A DNA stretch of 63,766 nucleotides, the filler included, from Octopus bimaculoides (taxonomy: Eukaryota), in assembly GCF_001194135.2 (NCBI RefSeq). It is 5 parts of 5 records of this genome, joined end to end, with 100 filler letters (N's around TTAATTAATTAA, not from the genome) between each part and the next. Parts side by side here need not be neighbours in the genome. Positions count along the whole stretch, not along the records: positions 46,090 to 56,811 come from NC_068995.1; positions 56,912 to 62,333 come from NC_068984.1; positions 62,434 to 63,766 come from NW_026360511.1; 2 more parts are not named here. The stretch is one strand, 5' to 3'. The notes beneath the pieces were generated by a model. That model was not told the origin of the DNA, searched no databases, and was given only the letters and a program-made list of their open reading frames with translations. Within the stretch, counting starts at the first letter, position 1, and each line of letters opens with the position of its first letter. The position numbers and the translations under genes were made by a program. Positions 55,281 to 63,766 of the stretch are shown here, piece after piece.

Positions 55281-56389
55281 ATGTGTGTGTGTGTGTGTGT
55301 GTCTGTCTGTCTGTATGTGTATCGTGTATAGAGGCGGTGATGGAAATGGCCGCAGTCGAATGACTGAGGCAGGTAACAGATAAAAGATTTATATACACAC
55401 ATATACATATATACATACGCACATACACAAACACGCACAAACGCACACACATCACATATATACATATACGTCAGCAATGCATTACCCGTGAATGCTACAA
55501 AATCCACAATAATGGTAAGAGTAATCCAAGGTGCCGCCAATAATATCTATGGTTGAGCAAATATGTAATATTGAGGGCTATATTTGTAGATTTCAGCATT
55601 ACCCTAATACGAATCTCTATGCTTACGAATTTCTCTCGATTTTGATTGTTTAGTATTTGGTAATATCTATGCTCTGTGCAGTAACTGGTGGCAATATGGA
55701 ATTTCACAATCAATTTATACGGCATGTGAGTGTTACGGAGACTTTGAAATTGTAACGTAGCTTTTAACCTTTTGATTTCTATAAAGATTCGTTTAATATG
55801 TTGAGATGTACGAACAAATAGGGATATATATGCTGCTATCTATCTATCTAACTATTAATATAGTATATATCTGTGTATGTGTCCTCAGGGTTTCAAAGTT
55901 GTACAAAAAAATATATATACATAGGTGTGTGACTATGTGTGCACGCGCGAGTGTGCTTTTGCACACAAGGTATACACTAACAAAATATTCGACATATGAA
56001 AGGTCAGGTTACACTAATCTGAGAATATACGTTTTGTTTACAATACAGAATAATTATATGTAATTCTTTATATATACATATACATATATATATATATATT
56101 TTGTTATATATATATGTATGTATAAGTGTGTGTGCGCGCCTCTGTGTGTGTGTTGGGTGTCCTTATATGTATATAAACATATCTATATCTACCACAGTCA
56201 CACACACGTATAGATATGCGTATACATGCACATATTCAAATATATGCGAGTATGTGTATCCGCATATGAGTGTGAATGGTATTGGGAAAGAATTTATTTT
56301 AATTTACAAACGACAGATAAGTGTATTCAATATGTCAAGTACGTTTTTCTTTCTAATTTACAAGTAGATACATTCAAGAAAAATGTATG

Positions 56390-56606
56390 AGCTTATGTAT
56401 GCATGTACGTATATGAATACGTATGTATGTTTATATATATATATGTGTATATACACAGATACATATATATATATACATACACACATACATATATATATAT
56501 ACATACATATATATATATATACATACACACATACATATATATATATACATACATATATATATATACATACATACATACATATATATATATACATACATAT
56601 ATATAT

Positions 56607-56668
<62 letters not shown>

Positions 56669-56811
56669 ATATATACATACATATATATATATACATACAT
56701 ATATATATATACATACATATATATATATACATACATATATATATATACATACATATATATATACATACATATATATATACATACATATATATATATATAT
56801 ATACATACATA
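56390..56811 (+). repeat. Compound (TA)n/TACA higher-order microsatellite; similar tracts at 44160-44790, 45590-45990, 14530-15200
   Basis: Directly visible; most end at N-gaps. Confidence 0.95.
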
Positions 56812-57090
56812 NNNNNNNNNNNNNNNNNNNNNNNNNNNNNNNNNNNNNNNNNNNNTTAATTAATTAANNNNNNNNNNNNNNNNNNNNNNNNNNNNNNNNN
56901 NNNNNNNNNNNCCTGTGCTTTGTATTGCAGTGAAATTTCATTTTTTAAGAATAAAAAATATTCTTAAAAAAATTATCTTCGTTAAAAGACCGCTTCCTTC
57001 AAATCTTCCACCGGTTCTTTTGGCTAATTCCATCGATGTTATTGGATTAGATATGTTTTTGTATAGGGAGCCCGGTGTAGCACATCCATG

Positions 57091-57150
57091 TTGTTATTCA
57101 GCCCCTTATTCTGTTATTCAGCCCCTTATTCTGTTATTCAGCCCCTTATT
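57091..57150 (+). repeat. 3 x 20-bp tandem repeat (ctgttattcagccccttatt)
   Basis: Directly visible; adjoins (TTC)n(TTA)n. Confidence 0.95.
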
Positions 57151-57153
57151 CTT

Positions 57154-57184
<31 letters not shown>

Positions 57185-57207
57185 TTATTATTATTATTAT
57201 TATTATT

Positions 57208-57456
57208 TAAGATGTCGCTCAGAATCCAATATCATGACGTTGTTGATTGAAGATATTGTATATACCGGGGATTAGTACAGTTCGACAAGTCGCAACAAGG
57301 ACCCCATACAGACAGTACTTCACGTAGTATGCGTACAGTTCCAAGTAATGCCGATTTTTGCGTATTTCTAAAGTTTCCAGATGTTTCTTCAGGTCGGGTG
57401 GTATTGAATCCAATGCTCTGATGACAGCAGGGACAATCTTTATGCTTGACTCTCAC
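57208..57456 (-). mobile_element. R4/Dong-like extreme 3' fragment ending in (AAT)n(AAG)n
   Basis: VIRALDSIPPDLKKHLETLEI and, after a frameshift, QKSALLGTVRILREVL. Confidence 0.7.
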
Positions 57457-57468
57457 TGTTATTATTAA

Positions 57469-57900
57469 GGCGGTGAGCTGGCAGAAACGTTAGCACGCCG
57501 GGCGAAGTGCTCGGCGGTATTTCGTCTGTCGTTACGTTCTAAGTTCAAATCCCGCCGAGGTCGACTTTGCCTTTCATCCTTGCGGGGTCGATAAATTAAG
57601 CACCAGTTATGCACTGGGGTCGATGTAATCGACTTAATCCCTTTGTTCTTGTTTGTCCCCTCTATGTTTAGCCCCCTGTGGGCAATAAAGAATTAAGAAA
57701 CGTTAGCATGCCAGGCAAAACGCCTCGCTTCATTTCTTTCGTCTTTACGTTCTGAGATCAAATTCCACCAAGGGCAACTTTGCCTTTCAACCTTTTGCAT
57801 TCGAGAAAACATAAACCAGTCGAACACTTGGGCCAATGTAACCGCCATACCCACTCTCAAGAAATTGCCGGTTTTGTTCCAAACCATTATTATTATTAAG
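57469..57900 (+). mobile_element. Third tRNA-derived SINE family, CpG-intact copy plus truncated second copy. Others: 1280-1460, 17545-18340, 25285-26050, 27130-27380, 38870-39380, 40460-40620, 41215-41395, 46650-46820, 47120-47250, 48165-48410, 49580-50345, 62434-62620, 63665-63766
   Basis: ggcggtgagctggcagaa (A-box-like), gagttcaaatt/cc (B-box-like), central gactttgcctttcatcctttcggggtcgataaattaagtaccag. Confidence 0.9.
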
Positions 57901-59269
57901 GCCGCGAGAATTATNNNNNNNNNNNNNNNNNNNNNNNNNNNNNNNNNNNNNNNNNNNNNNNNNNNNNNNNNNNNNNNNNNNNNNNNNNNNNNNNNNNNNN
58001 NNNNNNNNNNNNNNNNNNNNNNNNNNNNNNNNNNNNNNNNNNNNNNNNNNNNNNNNNNNNNNNNNNNNNNNNNNNNNNNNNNNNNNNNNNNNNNNNNNNN
58101 NNNNNNNNNNNNNNNNNNNNNNNNNNNNNNNNNNNNNNNNNNNNNNNNNNNNNNNNNNNNNNNNNNNNNNNNNNNNNNNNNNNNNNNNNNNNNNNNNNNN
58201 NNNNNNNNNNNNNNNNNNNNNNNNNNNNNNNNNNNNNNNNNNNNNNNNNNNNNNNNNNNNNNNNNNNNNNNNNNNNNNNNNNNNNNNNNNNNNNNNNNNN
58301 NNNNNNNNNNNNNNNNNNNNNNNNNNNNNNNNNNNNNNNNNNNNNNNNNNNNNNNNNNNNNNNNNNNNNNNNNNNNNNNNNNNNNNNNNNNNNNNNNNNN
58401 NNNNNNNNNNNNNNNNNNNNNNNNNNNNNNNNNNNNNNNNNNNNNNNNNNNNNNNNNNNNNNNNNNNNNNNNNNNNNNNNNNNNNNNNNNNNNNNNNNNN
58501 NNNNNNNNNNNNNNNNNNNNNNNNNNNNNNNNNNNNNNNNNNNNNNNNNNNNNNNNNNNNNCACACACACACACACTCTCACATATGTATAACAGGTTTC
58601 TTTCAGTTTCTGTCTATGAAATCCACTCACAAGGCTTTAGTCGGCCCGAGGCTATAGTAGAAGACACTTGCCTAAGGTGCCACGCAGTAGGACTGAAACC
58701 GGAACCATGTAGTTAGGAAGTAAGCGTCTAACTACAGAGCCACTACTTTTTATAGATAACTTTATATAACGACATATACCTGCACACACGCATATGCACG
58801 TATGTAGAATCAGCAGTTAACATCTCAGATGACAATATTCTGTTTCATGAATTTGTGCCATAGTGACATAATACGCTCAATCAAGTCACCGGTTTATATG
58901 TATTTCTTCCTTTTTCCATCATATGAGAAGCTGTAAATTATTTTTTAAAAATTGGAATGTCTGTGGAATAGCAGTTGTATAGGGGAACACTTACATGTCT
59001 GTCTTAGGAAATTATCTTCTTGTATTTCGCGGAGTCATTCTATATAAAAAAAAATTGAAGAAAAGGAGATAGGTTAGTAGGCTGGTAGAGTTTATTTGGT
59101 TTGATATATAGGTCAGTCGATAAATGGATAGATCGATGAACAGACAGGTAAGGAGACTGTACCTTTATTTTGTTGAACCTTACATGTCGCAAAAGTAGTT
59201 AAGTGCACAGAATCCAATCTCATAGATATGGTAATGGAAATGACAAAACATCCGATCCTGACAGATTCC

Positions 59270-60500
59270 TCGACACAGGTATGGGCTCTTTTGGTAGTAC
59301 TGAAGTTTGCGACTTTGTTGGTTTACTTACCCTAATATATATTGAGTTAAAACTTTAACTTCGGTTTATATCATGATGTCGTCCTAATCTTCTCTAATGA
59401 ATCTAGCGGACATACACCAGACTGATTGAGGGAAAACTTGACATAATTCTTCAGTATTTTAAGGCTAAACGTTACCATAGCGACAAAACTTATTTTACTT
59501 AATATCTTCCCAACATTACCACTAACCTACTATGTAAGAATCTAATATAAAAGTTTGTATATACGAAGGCAGGATTAAAGTAGTCACCCATTGTACTTAA
59601 GAATCTTGTTAAGAATATTAGTAGAAGTATATGGAACCTGTTGCAAATAAAAAAAAGTTCTGTGAAACAAATCTCTAACTATAATAACGAGTTAAAAGCC
59701 CGTGATTTTAAGGATAACTTATTCCTCCAGCAATATAATCTTATTGTTCGAAACATCTTTGCATTTCATACTTTTGAGTCGATAAATAAAGTACCAGTCT
59801 TGTACATGGATTAATTTTGTTCTTCTCTCACTGTTTCTGTCTGTCTATCTGACTTCCCATCTCCCGGAAAACATTGACTGTGGTCAGAGCCGGAGAGAGA
59901 TGGGTTTCGTTAGGTTTAAAAATTCCTAAGACGCATCATGTCATGATAACTCCATTAAGGAGTTAAGGGAAAAGGGCAAAGGAAGACAAGATAAGCTTTC
60001 CCACAACTACAAATTTAACAAGCACATTCTCAAGTTGTGTTATAGTTGCACCTGAAGCATGAAAAACATCACATTCTCAAGACCCGTAAACACATCTAAA
60101 GAGAGATGTAGAAACATCAAAAGCTACTTGCTGTACACACCATGTAACCCTGAGGCCGTTATCTCTCAACCAGATATTTAACACTTAAATCCCAACCAAT
60201 TAAGCACTATCAAATGATAATTAGAATGAAGATAAATTCTAGATACACTAGATCAATAGCCTGTCGAATGCCAGGAATGTGGAAGGATAGTTTACAACTA
60301 ATATCTCCAATTACATTTGGTCGCTAAAAGAAGTGGAGTCTATTTACCTTGTAAGATGTAAAATATTGGAACTGGGGAAAATGTTGTTGAGAAAATATTA
60401 GTACTGAAGCAGTCGAGGAAACCAGATGTCTGCATTAATTTAAAACCAGAGATACTTGAAAAATGTAGACACTAGCGAAAATTCATTCTGAGATCTTAGC
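59270..60500 (+). mobile_element. Decayed Penelope-like element ORF (RT plus GIY-YIG region), Naiad-like motifs
   Basis: Frameshifted motifs: MGSFGSTEVCDFVGL (cf. MGSxDGAEVCELVGL), GLYHD (cf. GLYRDD), SHPxVLKNLVKNISR, KLCYSC, ISNYIWSLKE, EILEKCRH. Confidence 0.75.
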
Positions 60501-60794
60501 CGGGGCCTCCCTGACAATACTACCGAATGGATTTAATGAATATACCTTAAACACAAGAATACAGACTTTGCTATCCCTACAGAAGATTTTAGACTCTCTT
60601 ACTTACAATAACCCCACAATCTAGAATTGAACATTTCCTCAAATTTTCCCATGTTTCCCTTGTTTCATCAGTACAATTGTTTCACTATTATTTCTCTCTG
60701 TCTCTATCTATCTGTCTGTCTAAGATTACTTCATCACGTCAGCTGAATGCCGTCACATTGTTCAATATTCAGTTAAACTACTCAATATCTCCAC

Positions 60795-60971
60795 CAGTGA
60801 TTGTCAACTACGGCTCCCAGGGCTGCATGCGGCCCTCGATGGTCTTCCCTCGATAAACAGAATAAATTTTTTCCTTTGAGTTGTGTTTTACATTTTTTGT
60901 TTTGGTGCTGCGCCTTAACAAAATGCAGGTTTGGGATTTGGCCCGGATATGAAACAGATTGAGAACCACTG
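60795..60971. mobile_element. hAT/Charlie-like MITE
   Basis: Termini cagtgattgtcaac / ttgagaaccactg (cf. CAGTGGTTCTCAA); flanks resemble NTCTNNAN. Confidence 0.5.
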
Positions 60972-61288
60972 GTCTGCAGTCACGTGATCTGAGACGACTC
61001 ATAAGACCAGTTGACAGTTAACAAGATGCAGAGCGTAAGAATCTGAACAAACAAAGAATTGCCACTGGAATTATGAGGTAAGTCTGTTGAATGATATTCC
61101 TATATCGATGTCTTCTCTTTTCAGATTCAGATTTGAGCCTTTTGTTATCATATTGCAGATGAGGCGGTAAAATATTGGTATTTAAAAATTGTTTCGGTTT
61201 GTATATGTGTGTGTGTGTGTGTGTGATTTCATAGGCTGAACAGAGCCTGCTTTCGACAAACACGCACGAACGCACACACACACACGCG

Positions 61289-61360
<72 letters not shown>

Positions 61361-61509
61361 CACACAAACACACACATAAATCTACTTTACATATGTTATG
61401 GCATTAGAGATAATTTGTTATATAACAATGTTAAGAATAACTTTCTGTATTGTAAGCAATCGGTCGCACGTTTCGAAAGGGGAAGGTAAAAGTGTACGTA
61501 TAATAAAGA

Positions 61510-61564
61510 CAGAGATAGACAGATAGACGGATAGATAGAGAGAAAAAGTTAGATAGATACATTG

Positions 61565-61595
<31 letters not shown>

Positions 61596-61810
61596 CAGGT
61601 AAGTAAGGAGATAGATAGAGAGATAGAGAGATAAAGAGGTAGAAAGATAGATAGATAGATATAAATAAATAGATAGATAGATATACTGAGAGATTGATAG
61701 ACTGATAGATAAACAGAGTGATAGATAGAGATAGCTAGATAGATAGAGAGATAGATTGATAGATAAATAGATAGATAGATAGATAGATAGACAGACAGAT
61801 GGATGAATAC

Positions 61811-61857
<47 letters not shown>

Positions 61858-61960
61858 TAGAGAGGTAGATAGATAGAATGACTGATAGATGGTAGATAGA
61901 GAAATAAATTGATAGATAGGTAGATAGATAGATAAAGAGGTAGATAGATACATAGGCTGA
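61510..61960 (+). repeat. Compound (GATA/GAGA/GACA)n tract
   Basis: Directly visible. Confidence 0.95.
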
Positions 61961-62762
61961 CAGAGAGATGGGTAGAGATTCAAACGAACAATACCACTAC
62001 GAACACATACACACACTCAGACGCATACGAACTCTATTGGCGCATGCTCGCACACACACACACACACACTCACACTCGGAGACCCACAATTAGGTGTGTT
62101 TTTGTATGCATGTCTGCGTTAGAGAGTGAGACGTATGTGCGTATGTGTGCACGCCATTAGCGTCCGTATGTATGGGACTAAAAGCGGACTTTAACGTAAA
62201 ATATTGTTTATTCACAAGTTATAAATGAGCAAAATATTCTATCTCGGTAGTTCCAGTCATTTGAAGAATTTATCCAATTTATCTTCCGTTGTATGTACGT
62301 AACTGGTTATCATATATATATATATATATATATNNNNNNNNNNNNNNNNNNNNNNNNNNNNNNNNNNNNNNNNNNNNTTAATTAATTAANNNNNNNNNNN
62401 NNNNNNNNNNNNNNNNNNNNNNNNNNNNNNNNNGGGGCTAGTCGATTAGATCGACCGCAGTACGCAACTGGTACTTAATTTATTAACCCCGAAAGGATGA
62501 AAGCAATGTCGACCACGGCGGAATTTGAACTCAGGACGTAAAAACAGACGAAATACCCCTAAGCATTTCGCCCGGCGAGCTAACATTTCTGCCAGCTCGC
62601 GGCCTTGGAACGGATGTAATATTACCGCTTTTTAAAAATACCTTTTACTTGTTTCTGTCATAAAGGGTTTTATACAGTTCTATATTTAAAAGATGAGGAA
62701 TTATGTACATTATTTACATTATTTACAATTGACTGATATTTGTCCTCATCTTGTTTGTTGTT

Positions 62763-62808
62763 AACACAACGTTTCGGCTGATATACCCTCCAGCCTTCAT
62801 CAGGTGTC
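62763..62808 (-). ncRNA. Minimal type I hammerhead ribozyme, intact core
   Basis: Minus strand reads gacac-CTGATGA-a-ggctg(gagggtatat)cagcc-GAAAC-GTT-gtgtt: stem I gacac/gtgtt, stem II ggctg/cagcc, helix III reduced to palindromic AACGTT. Confidence 0.75.
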
Positions 62809-62881
62809 TTGGGGAAATTTCGAACCTAGGTTCTCATTCATAAGGTATTTTTCGATGTTGTTGTTGTTATTCTTCTTCTTC

Positions 62882-62926
<45 letters not shown>

Positions 62927-62993
62927 TCTACTAACCTCAAGATTCCGAGTTCGATTCCAGGCAGTGACCTGAATAATAATAATAATAATAATA

Positions 62994-63075
<82 letters not shown>

Positions 63076-63133
63076 CAACAACAACATCGAAAACTACCTC
63101 AGGAATGAGAACCCTTGTTCGAAATTTCCCCAA

Positions 63134-63179
63134 GATACCTGATGAAGACTGGAGGGTATATCAGCCGAAACGTTGTGTT
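63134..63179 (+). ncRNA. Minimal hammerhead copy with one stem II mismatch (gactg/cagcc)
   Basis: gatac-CTGATGA-a-gactg...cagcc-GAAACGTT-gtgtt. Confidence 0.65.
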
Positions 63180-63348
63180 AACAACAAACAAGATGAGGAC
63201 AAATATCCGTCAAATGTAAATAATGTAAATAATGTATATAATTCCTCATTTCTTAAATATAGAAATGAATGCTAATAATGATAATAGTAATAATAATAAC
63301 ATCGAAAAATACCTTAGGAATGAGAGCCTAGGTTCTAAATTTCCCCAA

Positions 63349-63394
63349 GAGACCCGATGAAGGCTGGAGGGTATATCAGCCGAAACGTTGTGTT
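63349..63394 (+). ncRNA. Degenerate hammerhead copy (core CCGATGA, stem I mismatch)
   Basis: gagac-CCGATGA-a-ggctg...cagcc-GAAACGTT-gtgtt. Confidence 0.5.
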
Positions 63395-63604
63395 AACAAC
63401 AAACATGATGAGGACAAATATCCGTCAAATGTAAATAATGTAAATAATGTATAAAGAGTTTTAGTAGACAAATGAACCCCAATACCAATTTTCTATTTTA
63501 AGTTTCGTTCTTATTCTACTGGCTTCTTTTGCTGAATCGCTACGCTACCGGGACGTAGACAAACCGACAGCGTAGATAAACCAACACTAGCACAAAGACA
63601 CACA

Positions 63605-63635
<31 letters not shown>

Positions 63636-63766
63636 TTCCAGTTTTATTACTATTATTGTTGATAAAGCCGGTAAGCTGGCAGAACAGATAGCACACCGGG
63701 CAAAATGCTTTGCGGCATTTCGTCCATCTCTACTTCACGAATTCAAATTCCGCCGAGGTCGACTTT

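Larger units (their letters stand above)
62675..63455. mobile_element. Non-autonomous hammerhead-bearing repeat in inverted plus tandem arrangement, with tRNA-like head remnant (62929-62971)
   Basis: Three copies of a ~160-200 bp unit (one minus, two plus), each preceded by (AAT/AAC)n; B-box-like GAGTTCGATTCC at 62947-62958. Confidence 0.75.

Noticed and set aside
55480-55546. Minus-strand hydrophobic ILLAAPWITLTIIVDFVAFTGN (GPCR TM1-like)
   Set aside because: Runs into a microsatellite, no other TM exons found, and overlaps competing plus-strand candidates.
57091-57150. Possible CRISPR-like repeats
   Set aside because: No spacers, eukaryotic context; a simple tandem repeat.
44162-58716. 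Long ORFs (200-290 aa) rich in IY/CV/HT or X
   Set aside because: Translations of microsatellites and N-gaps.

Overview
AT-rich, microsatellite- and SINE-dense eukaryotic DNA with nine N-gaps. The repeat families and gap style suggest a coleoid cephalopod, probably Octopus (inference). Almost every ORF in the supplied track is microsatellite or transposon noise. The best host-gene signal is three phase-compatible minus-strand exons (10182-10244, 9220-9321, 4674-4750) plus a candidate 9-nt microexon (1186-1194). Their peptide and exon pattern recall the post-DENN region of DENND1/connecdenn proteins, but no DENN-domain exon was found, so the assignment is tentative. A weaker chain of small plus-strand exons lies at 53.4-55.7 kb. 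Mobile DNA includes three SINE types, decayed RTE, CR1/L2, R4/Dong-like and Penelope-like retroelements, two mariner remnants and several MITEs. Highlights: (1) a tRNA-headed non-autonomous element carrying minimal hammerhead ribozymes (62.7-63.5 kb); (2) a tandem intronic element complementary to the microexon and its 5' splice site, with an A-C mismatch that would give K->R recoding if edited; (3) a SINE>mariner>long-TIR triple nest whose two TIRs differ strongly in CpG decay; (4) a CpG-poor to CpG-rich step near 44-46 kb. All calls were made by eye with no database searches.
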